From Mobula birostris (taxonomy: Eukaryota): 64,000 bases of DNA. The stretch is from the NCBI RefSeq assembly GCF_030028105.1, contig NC_092379.1:25661821-25725820 (forward strand), read 5' to 3'. Below the pieces are notes generated by a model. The model made no database searches, was not told where the DNA came from, and was given only the letters and a program-made list of their open reading frames with translations. Numbering within the stretch: the first letter of the stretch is position 1; every line of letters starts with the position of its first letter. The position numbers were made by a program, and so were the translations under genes. Of the stretch, positions 26,099 to 38,800 are shown in pieces.

Positions 26099-29000
26099 TG
26101 TTGGAAGGGTGTGGCTTGGAACGGACCCAAGTGCAAGACATAGTCACTGAAGTACTAGGGTCATGGCTAGGATACAGGGCGATGGCAGGGACATGGACAG
26201 GAAAACCAGGAACCCGGAACAAAACTGGAGAAAAGAGCTGGATCCCGGGCTTGGACTCTTAGCCAGAGACTGGACAGGGACCAGGTACCTGGATCATTCC
26301 TCTGGCTCGGACCTTAGAACTAGGAAACGGCGAGGCTTGGCTGGCAGGTAGGACGAGGCTGGAGTCTTAGAGACTTGAGCCGAGGCTTGACAGGAGGCAG
26401 GGGACTTGAGGCGAGGCTTGGCAGGAAGCAGGAGACTTGAGGAGAGGCTTGGCAGGAAACAGGCGGCTAGAGACTTGAGGCGAGGCTTGACAGGAGGCAG
26501 GAGGCTGGAGTCTTCAGACTTGAGGCTTGGGGCTAGAGGTGAGGCTTGGCCGGAGGCAAGAGGCTCGAGAATTCAAGCTTGAGGCGAGGCTTGGCAGGAG
26601 GCAGGATGGACTCCGAGCCAGAAACTGGACAAGGATCCAGTACCTCTGTCTTGTCTCTGGCTGTGACCCCAGACCTAGGCAAGAACGAGGTTTGGCAGGC
26701 AGGCAGGACGAGGATGGAGTCTTCAGGCATAAGGCTAAAGGCGAAGCTTTGCAGGAGACAGGAGGCTGGTGCCCTCAGGCTTGAGGCTTGAGGCGAGAGG
26801 CAGGAGGCTAGAGCCGAGGCTTGGCAGGAGGCACGAGGCTGGAGACGAGGCTAGGCAGGAGGCTGGAGCCTTCAGTCTTGAGACTAGGCAGAAGGCTGGA
26901 GACTTCAGGCTTGATGCCAGGCCTGTTCCTCCCGGGCAGGCGCGGTACTCCTGGGCACGCCACGGAACACCTGGGCAGGGCGCGGATCACCTAGGCAGGG
27001 CGCGGTACTCTTGGGCAGGGCGCGGTACTCCTGGGCAGGTCGCGGAACTCCTGGGTAGGGCGCGGATCAACAGACGACAGAGGCAAGGGACAGGAAAGGA
27101 CAGAACCAACCACAGGTAACGGCAATACGGCCTCGGTTATCTGGGCCGAGGCAAGGGACAAAAAGGGAGCTAGGTATATGGTGGCTCCAGGACAAGACTG
27201 CAGGCGAGACGAGGCGAGAGTTACCAGCAAGACAAGGCAAGGCTTCTGGCAAAGCAAGGCGAGATGACAACTTCAGACGAGGCGACAGTTACCGGCAAGA
27301 CAAGGCAGGACTTCAGGTGAGGAAACAGAAAGCAGAGGAAGGGATACAAGGAGTAAGTACAAGATCAATTCAGCAGCCACGCCCTGTACTCTGGAGGTAT
27401 TTATGCTACCAGCCCCAACAGGCATCACAGGCATCAGCTGCCTTAATTAGTGTTTAACAGTAACAAAAACAGGGTCGACAGGAAAACCTGTAGCAAACGT
27501 CGATGCAACGGACCGCGAACCGGAATACGGACTTCACGGACACGATCGTGACGGGAATCCCCCCAACCTTCCCCACGGCAGCTTCCTGGCGGCCAAACAG
27601 AGCATCCAGACTTTGGGCGACCCGGGAGGGTGGGAGGGTGTTTAACAGAAAGGAAACACGGGTGGCAGGAGGGAAACGATAGTGTCTCTGTCGCAGTGTC
27701 CATGGTTGGCTGGATTGTTCTGTTGCACGGTGGTGGCTTGGGACGGACCCATGTGCAAAACACAAGCACTAATGGACTAGGGACAGGAGTCGGATGCAGG
27801 GCGATTTCAAGGACATGGACAGGAAAACCAGTAACCCGGAACAGGACTGGACAAAAGAGCTTGGAGCCAGGAATTGGACTCGGAGCCAGAGACTGGACAG
27901 GGACCCAGTACCTGGGTCTTGCCTCTGGCTCGGACCTCAGAACTAGGCAAGGACGAGGCTTCGCTGGCAGGCAGGACGAGGCTGGAGACTTAGAGACCTG
28001 AGGCGAGGCTTGGCTGGCAGGCAGGACGAGTCTGGAGTCTTAGAGACTTGAGGCGAGGCTTGGCAGGAGGCAGGAGACTTGAGGCGAGTCTTGCCAGGAG
28101 GAAAGAAACTTGAAGCGAGGCTTGGCAGGAGGCTGGAGACTTGAGGCGATGTCTGGCAGGAGGCATGAGACTTGAGACGAAGCTTTTCAGGAGGCAGGAG
28201 ACTTGAGGCGCAGCTTGGAAGGAGGCAGGATGGACTCCGAGCCAGAGACTGGACAAGGACCCAATACCTGGGACTTGCCTCTGACTCGGACTCCAGAACT
28301 AGGCCTGGACGAGGCATGGCTGGCAGGCAGGACGAGGCTGGAGTCTCAGAGACTTGGGGCGAGGCTTGGCAGGAGGCTGGAGACTTGAGGCGAGGCTTGG
28401 CAGGAGGCAGCAGGCTGGAGTCCTCAAGCTAGAGGCGAGAGACTTGAGGCGAGACTTGGCAGGAGGCAGGAGGCTAGAGACTTGAGGCGAGACTTGGCAG
28501 GAGGCATGAGGTTGGAATCTTCAGGCATGAGGCTTGAGGCTAGAGGCGAGGCTTGGCAGGAGGCATGAGGTTGGAATCTTCAGGCATGAGGCTTGAGGCT
28601 AGAGGCGAGGCTTGGCAGGAGGCAGGATGGACTCCGAGCCAGAGACTGGAGAAGGACCCAATACCTGGGACGTGCCTCTGACTCGGACCCCAGAACTAGG
28701 CAAGGACGAGACTTGATAGGCAGGCAGGACGAGGCTGGAGTCTTCAGGCCTGAGGCTAGAGGCGAGGCTTGGCAGGAAGCAGGAGGCTGGCGTCCCCAGG
28801 CTTGAGGTTTGAAACTAGAGGCCAGGCGTGGCAGGAGGCAGGAGGTTGGCGTCCTCAGGCTTGAGGTTTGAGGCTAGAGGCGAGGCTTGGCAGGAGGTAG
28901 GAGGCTAGAGACGGTGCTAGGCAAGAGGCTGGAGCCTTCAGGCTTGAGGCTAGGCAGGAGGCTGGAGCCTTCAGGCTTGAGGCTAGGCAGGAGGCTGAAG

Positions 29001-29809
29001 ATTTCAGTCTTCCAGCTAGGCAGGAGGCTGGAGTCTTCAGGCTTGACGCAAGGCAGGAGGCTGGAGTCATCAGGTTTGTGGCTAGGCAGGAGGCTGAAGT
29101 CTTCAGGCTTGAGGCTAAGCAGGAGGCTGGAGTCTACAGGCTTGAGGCTAAGCAGGAGGCTGGAGTCCTCAGGCTTGGGGTTAGGCAGGCACGTGGGCAG
29201 GGCACGGTACTCCTGGGCAGGGCGCCGATCACCCGGGCAAGGGAGCAGATGACCTGGGCAGGGCGCGGACCACCACCCGAGAGAGGCAAGGGACAGGAAG
29301 GGACAGAACCAGCCACAGGTAACGGCAAGACGGCCTGGCTTACCTGGGCGGAAGCAAGGGACAGGAAGGGAGCTAGGTATTCGGTGGCTTCAGGATAAGA
29401 CTGCAGGCGAGACGAGAGTTACCAGCAAGACAAGAGAAAGCTTCAGGCAATGCAACGCGAGACGAAAAGTTCAGGTGCGGCGAGAGGTACCGGCAAGTCA
29501 AGGCAAGGCTTCAGGCAATGCAAGGCGAGACGAGAGCTTCAGGCGAGGCAACAGTTACCGGCAAGACAAGGCAGGGCTTCAGCCGAAGAAACAGAAGACT
29601 GAGGAAGGGATACAACGAGTAAGGACAAGAGCAATCCAACAGCCACGCACTGGTCTCTAGAGGTATTTATGCCGCCACCCCAACAGGCATCAGCTGCCTT
29701 AATTAGTGCTTAACAGGAACATAAACAGGGTAGACAGGAAAACCTGGAGCAACGGTCAATGGACCGGACCGTGAACCGAAATACGGACTTCACGGACCGG
29801 TCCCTGACA
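26099..29809 (-). mobile_element. Complete non-autonomous two-LTR element: 5' LTR 27721-29809, 167-bp internal region 27554-27720, 3' LTR 26099-27553
   Basis: TGT...GACA termini, flanks TAATC/TAGTC (5-bp TSD with one mismatch), PBS-like GAACAATCCAGC, ATG-MDTATETLSF Gag vestige, PPT GGGGAAGGTTGGGGGG, TATA-like CATAAATA in both LTRs. Confidence 0.8.
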
Positions 29810-32800
29810 TAGTCTTATTATGTAATTCGCGGTGTTCAACTCGACAGAGAAACGTGTTTCTACAACTGTGCCGTCCATTCGTCATCATCGACATCCTTCC
29901 ACAGAGTGCACTGTGTCTGCGTACCCGACCGCTATCGGGACCGGAATAATGCTTACTTTTTCGATTAGGATAGTAGAGACAATCTGATGTCTCCGCTTCT
30001 TCTTCCTTCGTGATTTCTGTGGGCAATCGCTAAGTGATAGATTGTCAATGAATATTACCTGACAAAAAAAAAAAAACGAGATGTCGATGAGCCCTTGTTT
30101 CATATTATTACTCACAAGGAAAAAGAAGGCGAAACGCACATGCCATGCATTTGCTTTGTAGGAATTTTAATCACGCAACATAAAAGAGGAGAAGCCACAT
30201 TTGTTGTTTCGATCTGGAAAATCTGGGTTGCAGTTATATACAGACCGTCTTTTGTAACCCGACAGCCTTTAAATTTTGGGATAGGTGCTCGTCACTTTAC
30301 GGCATAAGGATCCGCGTAGACCTACGTAGGGTTCGCGGCTACGCCGTAACTACGGCGACCATTTAACGCAGAAGTGTAAATTAGGCTTAATTAGCTGCTG
30401 CACTTACAGTGTGTTATCAACTGTTTATATCGTAGCATTATTGGTGCAACAATGGTATTAGATGGGGTGCTGGCTCGGAGAACAGAACCTCTCCAAATCT
30501 TCAAAGGGATTTTTTTCACGATCTTCACGAACAGAAGACGTCTCTGTGTTTAGTTAATTCAAGGAAACGTGCTGTTGTAAATATATAGCAAATCCTTTCA
30601 ATAAATCTCAAACAATAGAATAGATATCGGTACGCCCCAGAACCACTCCCTCGCACTTGTTGGGTGGGGCTAACTGGAAGCAAGGAATTGAAACTTCTGT
30701 ACAGGTCGTATGTTATGCATGAAGTAGTCACAATTTGCCTCTCTTCGGAGGTCAACCTGAAGAGGTACTAGACTTTGGAGTAATTTAGACACATCCCAGT
30801 TAAAATCAACCTTTTCCAAACCTCAACAAGTCATTCGTATTCACCGATAACCCACTGGTCAGCCTCAATGTTAAATGGATTCCATACTAAAATCAGCATT
30901 GTTCGATGAATTTCTTAACAATTTAGCTTTCTTAAAGCTAATCCATTTTCACTTTACGTATCTGTGTTACGGTTTCATGTTGCCTATTGCAATCAGTTCA
31001 GTCTTCACTTATTTCAGCTCTCTTGATTTCAAATTTTGCATAATTTCTTTAATATAATTCGTTCTCTTTTCATTTATGGCCACTTGTCTTTTTATTGTAT
31101 TGTATGAATTTGGAAAATCGGGCAGCTCAAAAAGACGGAAAGGCCAGACAAAATTCTGGTTTAAAGGCCGAAGGCTTGAGATCAATAATCAACCAATACT
31201 CGTACCCATCCTGCAAATCTGAGTAATGTCTTTTCCACAGACGCCAGGCAAATCCTTTCAGTCATTATTGTCATCCCCATTATCAACAATTTTGCGTAAT
31301 GAGCCAAAGCCATCTATTTCCATCTGCATACAATCTACTGACATCTGCATAAAAGTAGACTGTTCTCCTAATGCTACACTTAGCTTTCACCAGGACCTCA
31401 CTTTTATGCACAAGAAGATAATAGTTAATCTGCGTTTCGGTGCAATTCGTGGTTCCGATTACGAGAAAGAAACATATGAAAATGAGGAATCACTAAATCC
31501 TAAATATATAAAAAAAATACATAAAAAAAGGTACAACAGCGTCTATTCCTCAGTGGCTGATCTAATTTTATATAGAGATCAAAGCTTTGTACCTTGTGGG
31601 ATTCAGTCATTTCAACCCAATGAATTGGTGCTCATAAATTGGCTTTCTTGACTCAGACCCTTTGTTGATGTTCCGTCCATCAGACATTTGATGGAACAGT
31701 GATGGATATTGTTAAGCTCAATTGACATCTCGATATAAAAAGGCGTCCACCGTTGCATTTACTTACACCTACAGGGACAAATCAGATCGAATATTACTGG
31801 CACAGAACTGGACAACTATTAACTACAGCAAATGAATTCGATCTTCATACGCATCTTCACTTGTGTAATTCACGGTATAACTAATCCGTCACCAGGATGT
31901 CGACACACAACGCGATACATACGCTGGGGATTGCGGAGGGTTGCTGCTATCGGTTTGTCTAAATTGTATCCTTGTTCAATCCAATTTACTTTTTTTCTGT
32001 TAATTCTCATGCAATTGGAATGTGATTATTGTTTTCCTTCAACTAATGAAACATGTTATTCTCCTTATATACATCGGGTCAGCTTGTTGCAACGGAAATT
32101 GGAGATCAGTCGATACGTTGACCGTTGTCACTGTCCACCAATAACATGGATTCATTTCAATTCTTCATTCCCGTAAATACTACTAGACAATTACTGGACT
32201 GTAGTCACTGCGGGTGGCAGGAAATAACAGCATCCAAAAATAAACTTCGAGTACAAATTCTGGAACGGGGTACACTGTGATTAACTCCGCATTTAATGCT
32301 GCATAAACGCCGAATTTTTGGAAGGCGTGTCGTTAATGGCCAAAAGGTCCGATTGACCGTTGCATTTCAAATAATAAATGGTTAAGAACGTCCCCTCATC
32401 GGATTGAAAAACTGAGAGTCGTGCTTGTTGTGCCAGTCCTCTGTATTTTCCAACTTCCCATCCTTAAGCCACACACCTTCGGAGTAACTTCTCCGTGTAG
32501 GACATTTTGCGGTTCTTAGATTTATTGCCAGGCATGTACGCCGAAGCGAATGACGCCATAGTTCTCGCTGCATCGACGATTTTACCTTCTCAATTGGCAA
32601 TTCTTCTAAAATGTGGCTCGAACCGAATATGTCTCAAATCGAATGCATCTTTTTCTCGATGTGATATCTGTTTTCGAGGAAACGGCGATTGTCGTTTTGC
32701 CACCGAATGAGAATAGTGTTATTTATGGTTGTTCTGGCGGCTCTCTGATGTTATGATAACAATATTGCAGTTGAACATCAGAAACATGAATACACAGTGG

Positions 32801-33039
32801 AATAAATTGGTTAGTATCGACAACTGCATGTTGAGGACTCCAATACCGTTCCTCACTGCAGATGGCATTCACTACGCCGATAGCTACTGCAGACATTCGG
32901 CAACAGATACCAATTCAGTCTCCGACGTGGGAAGATGTAACACATGCAGACTAGATTCATGTTGTTCTACAGATATACTTCCCGTCACAGGGTTAGCCCT
33001 AAAATAACAAAATATACAAAATAATTTAAAAAAAATCTG

Positions 33040-33950
33040 CATCTGCCTGTAGCGACGGATTCCATAGATTCACCACTCTTTGACTAACGCAAATCCTCCT
33101 CATACCCGTTCTAAAAGGACGATCATCTATTTTGAGGCTGTGTCCTCTCCCACCTTAGGAAACATCCTCTTAAAGTCTATGCTATCAAGGACTTTCACTG
33201 TCAGATATGTTTCATGAGGTCACCCCCCATTTTACATATCAAGAGCCATCAAACGCACCTAATGTGACCAGACACATAACCCTGTAATCAATTGTCTAAG
33301 CACTCTCCAGTTTCAGCACATCCTATCTAAGTTATAGGGTCCACACCAAGTTCGGCCTCGGCTATTCTTTTAAATTTTCAATATCGTATCCCTACCTTTC
33401 TATTCTCAACCTCTTCAAATGAATTATAATCTTCCATTTGCCTAACTCACGACTGTCTCCATATGGAAATCTATCTTATGATAATCCTGCACCACAGTTC
33501 ATTGTAATTCCTCTCCATTTCGAAAGCATTCTACCCTCTGTTCTTCTGATATAGTGCTATAGCATACACTTCCCGACACTGTATTTAGATTTATTTTTAT
33601 TGCCCATTTTCTTAATCTGTCTAATTCATTCTGTAGCCTTCTTATTACGTTGAATCTACAGCCCCCTTCAAATGTTCACATCGACTTTAAAATTTTGCAT
33701 CATAGCCATCAATTCCATAAGGTAAAATGTCCAGAAGTATAGTAAAGACCCCCCCCCCAAAAAAAAGTCCCACAGCATACACCCGTGGAACATGACGAGT
33801 CTTCAGCAGCCATGCAGAAACGGCTATCTTCATTCCCACTCGTTGCCTCCTGCCAATCAGCCAGTGCTTTATCCATGGTAGAATCTTCCCTGTGGTAGTG
33901 TGGGTTCGTAGCATTCTTATCCCTGGCGCCATGTAAATGTCCATAATGGA
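33040..33950 (-). mobile_element. Degenerate CR1/L2-type LINE fragment(s)
   Basis: Minus translation WIKHWLIGRRQRVG...VPRV is RT-like; 3' part resembles CR1 tails. Confidence 0.6.
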
Positions 33951-34869
33951 AATCTAACTATCGAACGTCCGCCGGGTCTCATTTGCCTATTCCTACCTTT
34001 ATGTGTTCAAAGAATTCCAACAGATTTGGAAGAAAGTATCACCTCCACCCCCCGCCCCCCCGAGGAAAGAATGCTGAGTACGGCGTATTTTATAATTTGC
34101 CTAGGAGTACACCGTGGTCAGACCTTTAATAAACGATTCCAACATCTTCCCAGACACTGAGGGCAGACTATCTTGCATATATTTTCATTTCGTCTATTTC
34201 TCTACATTCTTAAAAAGTAGAATGAATTTGCAATTATCGAGAGAATTAAATTGAAGCAGGTATATTAAGTAAGCAGGAGTTAGTTCTCTTTAGGAATGGT
34301 TGGCCGCATCACACGGGAGGAGGGTGTTACATGACCAAAAGGACAGTGTAAAAGACATTTGTCTTCCTGTCCGGAGAATGTGTAAGATTAGCTATGAAGA
34401 GCTGGTTGGATGTCGAGAAAGGTGATGACCTCAGTCAAGAAGAAACGGAACAACGAAAAAACATGTGAACCATTGGAAGCTAAATTCAGCAAGATCGCAT
34501 AAGCATCACAAATAAGCCAATGAAAGAAGCCAAACGTACTTTCAATCCAAGGAGGAGCCTGGAAAGAGTTTTTTTTTTTTTTGTTTTTTTTTTTTTTTCC
34601 CGTAGTAGGACGAAAGAGAGTCGCATGATACATCGAGGATGTGTATATCAAGAAAACGGTAGAACAGAACATTTGTCCGGATGCAGGGGATGTTGAATAG
34701 ATGTTAATGAACAACTTACTTCATTGTTTATCAAACAGAACGAGTAGTAAATCAGAGCCCAGGGCCCTGATTTGATCAGAGCTTTTGACACAATGTTGGA
34801 AGTACCGTTCAGACTCTAAAGGAGTATTACCGTGGTTACGTCCGTTGGTCGGATCTGATATAACGCGAG

Positions 34870-35105
34870 TTTCTAGAAAAAACAAGGCTGTTTGATGAAG
34901 ATAGACCTGTGGATATTTTTTGCTTGGTGTTTAGTAAGGCGTTTGACAAGATTCCTCGTGGGAGGGACATCCAGAAGTTATAGGTGCATGGAATCATTTT
35001 GAATCGGCCGTTTGGATTCAGAACTGAATCTATCATAGAACTCTGGCAATATTGGTCGAAGGGAGATATTCTCACCTGAGCTCTGTGATTACTGGTGTTC
35101 CGAAG
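34870..35105 (+). mobile_element. Degenerate CR1 RT fragment
   Basis: GTAAGGCGTTTGACAAGATTCC (KAFDKIP) and GTGATTACTGGTGTTCC motifs. Confidence 0.6.
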
Positions 35106-35214
35106 AGCTCCAGCATCACACGACTAGACACAGGTGAGGAAGAACAATGAAACCCCTGTAAGAGACAGAATCAAGAGGATAGGCGTCAGAATATGACCCT
35201 TGACGAGAGACTGA

Positions 35215-35826
35215 TGTAACGTTCCGTTATTTTGGCTCGTGTATGTCTAGGGGAAATCCCGCCCAGCACCTGCTTCAGCAGTCCCCTCAGGGTCAATCGT
35301 CGCCCGAATCAATCACAAACATCAATCATCAGCCAGCACACCCAGTAAATTTTAACACATACACTTTATAGATATTACTAATTCTAGGGCATTAATATAC
35401 ATGTGATACAGAGAGGAAAGTAATGAAAAAAAAGGCGCCAACACTTATTCAAAGTCCAAGTTCTTCGCGCGCTACCGTTGGAGCTCAAGTTCGACGTCAG
35501 ACGACCACCCGAATTCCGTCGACCCACGGCTCGGGACCACCCGAAGTGATCGACCGGAGCCTCTCCGCACGTCCGCCGTCCTCCTCGTCTCTCCTCCCGA
35601 CTCCCCGCCAAAACTCAGTCCACAGTCATATCATACAGCATGGCATCCGAAAACAAAACGATACATAACCACCCATTGGCTAATAGCACCCTCTTATCAC
35701 CCTCTAAACCACAATAAACTGCTAGCGCAAACTCTCTGCAGCGTTAAAACACAACAAAGCCGCATTCCACAGATTAACATAACAAAAATCGCCATTTTAA
35801 ATGTAACAAAAGAAAGACCCCGTACA
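35215..35826 (-). repeat. Gypsy 3' LTR
   Basis: Direct repeat of 41702-42313; preceded on minus by the PPT. Confidence 0.95.
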
Positions 35827-35840
35827 CTCTCCCCCCACCT
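35827..35840 (-). promoter_or_regulatory. Polypurine tract AGGTGGGGGGAGAG
   Basis: Abuts the 3' LTR. Confidence 0.9.
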
Positions 35841-35848
35841 AAAAAAAG

Positions 35849-38800
35849 TCATGCCCTCATGACGTTAACAGAATTCACTAGTACTCCTTGTAAAACACAA
35901 AACCCAACCCAGGTGCATAAAGCAGTGACATAACTTTGCAGGGCAGTAGAGATTACACCCTGCTCTCCCGGCGCTATATAAGTGAGTCTTTCCGGGGGAT
36001 GCCTACTCCTCTGAGGCCTCAGGACTTCCTCTGTGGACTCTCCCTGTTCAGACACCCCAGGTGACCCCTCGAGCCGATCTGTCGGACCTTCCCCTTCACC
36101 GGGATCCCTCTGCCCCGGTGAGCCCTCTGGCTCGGGTTCTGCCTCCACCCTCTCCTCCCCCAATGCCGGCTGTAATACAGGCGGCTCTGCAACACCCTCC
36201 CTCGGTCCCCCTGACTCAGTGATGGAAGGGCCAAGAGTCTCTTCTCCTGGCACCGGGGAATCAGCGAACGGAAGCAGGTACCACACGTCCGAATCATCAT
36301 CTTCCGATGACGTATCCCTTCTCGAGGTGGGGACCGGCCCCGTTTTCTTCGCAGCGGCCTCTTCCCGCGCCCCGCGCCCTCGCAGAGTCCTCGTACTAGG
36401 AGTAAACTCCCATTCGGACTCTAGGTCCATCTTCACCTCTCGACCCAGAGGCAACAGGTGGTTCCGATGGAGTACCTTGACAGGCCCCTGCCCGCCCTCA
36501 GGTCTCACCCGGTACACCGGGAGATTCGGCATCTGACTCTCCACCACATATGGGGTGGCTGCCCAACGGTCCGCCAACTTGTGCTTACCCTGTAGTCCTA
36601 AATTCCGGATGAGGACTCGGTCTCCCGGCAATAGCTGGACGAACTTTACCTTCTGATCATACCTCCTTTTATTCCGCTGGTTCTGCTTGGTGGCTGCCGC
36701 CTCAGCCAACTCGTACGCCCTTTTCAACTCTCTCCTCATATCGGACACGTACTTCAGACATGGCTTCGAAGGTATTTCCCCCGCTTCAGTCCCAAAACAC
36801 AGATCAATGGGCAACCTCGCTTCCCGTCCGAACATCAGATAGTAGGGCGAGTACCCCGTAGCATCATTGCGAGTACAATTGTAACAATGAACCAAATGGG
36901 CGATGTGCTGACTCCACTTACTCTTCCGTCCAATCTCCAAGGTGCCGAGCATGTCCAGCAGGGTCCGGTTAAACCTCTCGGGCTGAGGATCACCCTGAGG
37001 GTGATAGGGGGTGGTTCTGGACTTTTCAACCCCAAGCATATCCAGCAATTCATGGATAAGCCTGCTCTCGAAGTCCCGTCCCTGATCACTGTGGATCCGC
37101 CGGGGAAGGCCATAATGAACAAAGTACTTCTCCCATAACACCTTCGCCACTGTAGTCGCTTTCTGATCCTTAGTAGGAAAAGCCTGCGCATATCTAGTGT
37201 AGTGATCCGTGAGGACCAAAACATTCGCGGTATTGCTGGTGTCCGGCTCAATAGACAGGAAATCCATACACACCAGGTCCATGGGTCCTGCACTCTGCAA
37301 GTGGGATAACGGAGCCGCCTGCGCAGGCAAGGTCTTCCTCCTGACGCAACGGCTACAGGTCTTACAGTATTCTTCCACCTCCCCCCTCATCCGGGGCCAG
37401 TAAAACCGGTCCTTGACTAATCCATAGGTCTTCTCTACCCCTAAGTGCCCGGAATCATCATGTAGAGCCTGAAGCACAGCCTTTCGATACTTCTCGGGCA
37501 TGACCAGCTGCCAGCGCCGGGGGTGGTCCGGAGGCGAAGTGACTCGGTACAGGACGTGGTTCTTCAGCTTCAACCGGGGCCACTCCTTCAGTAGTAGAGG
37601 AACGGAGGCATGTTTCGCCTTCTCCACCTGCCCCATATCACCCTGGCTAACCGCGTACCAGATAGTGCCAAGGCTTGGGTCATCACGCTGAGCCGCCCGT
37701 ACTTCCTGGTGACTCAACTCCGGCAGCTGCCGGTTCCTCAGAGCAGTCACATTACAGTAACCAGTGGGCAGCGCGTCACCGTCAGCCCCCAGTTGATCTA
37801 CTGCCCGATCCGTTCCCATCTGTGCTCCTACTTCCCCGTCGCTCCCAACTTGACACATGGCCTTTACTCCCTGGGCAGGGACACTCTTCCACTCCTCGGC
37901 CGTGCCCGACTCGTCGTGCGCCCGACGAGACAGGGCATCTGCATCGATGTTCCGACTCCCCGGGCGGTACTTCAGGCTGAACTCATAGGCAGACAAGGCT
38001 GCTACCCACCGGTGCCCAGTAGCGTCCAGCTTCGCCGAAGTCAGGATATAAGTGAGGGGGTTGTTATCAGTTCTCACTTCAAACTGGGCCCCGTATAGGT
38101 AGTCACTCAACTTGTCTACCACCGCCCATTTCAATGCCAAGAACTCCAGCTTGTGAGTGGGATAGTTTCTCTCAGATGGCGACAAGCTCCGACTGACAAA
38201 CGCCACTGGCCTCAATCCGTTTCCCTGTTCCTGGTACAGAACAGCCCCAAGACCCTCGTGACTGGCATCAGTGTGTAGAACATACGGCTTCCGGGGATCA
38301 GCAAAAGCCAACACTGGGGCCTGTGTCAGCGCCCTTTTTAGAGATTGGAACGCCTCCTCACATTGAGCATCCCACCTCACTCCAAAAGGCTCCCCCGGGT
38401 TCAAGTATCCTCCTACCTCCGACCCTCGGTCTCCCTTCCTCCTCCTCCCCCCCATAGGTGGATAGCCACACAACAGCTGGTTCAATGGATGACTCATTTT
38501 CGCATATCCTTTCACGAATCGCCGGTAATATCCGCAAAACCCCAAAAACGAGCGTAAGGCGCTCACCTTCTGAGGTCTCGGCCAGGTGGTGACTGCGGCT
38601 ATCTTATCCGGATCGGTGGCCACTCCATTTCGCGAGATTATGTGCCCAACATAACTGACTGACGTCTTACAGAACTGGCATTTATCCAGGGAAAGTTTTA
38701 ACCCTTCCTCTTTCAGCCGACTCAGCACCTTCAGCAGCCGCTCCTCATGTTCCTCCAACGTAGATCCGAACACTATCAGGTCGTCCAGGTACACCAATAC

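Noticed and set aside
30290-30390. CpG-rich palindromic patch resembling a Harbinger-type MITE end
   Set aside because: Only one terminus is recognisable.
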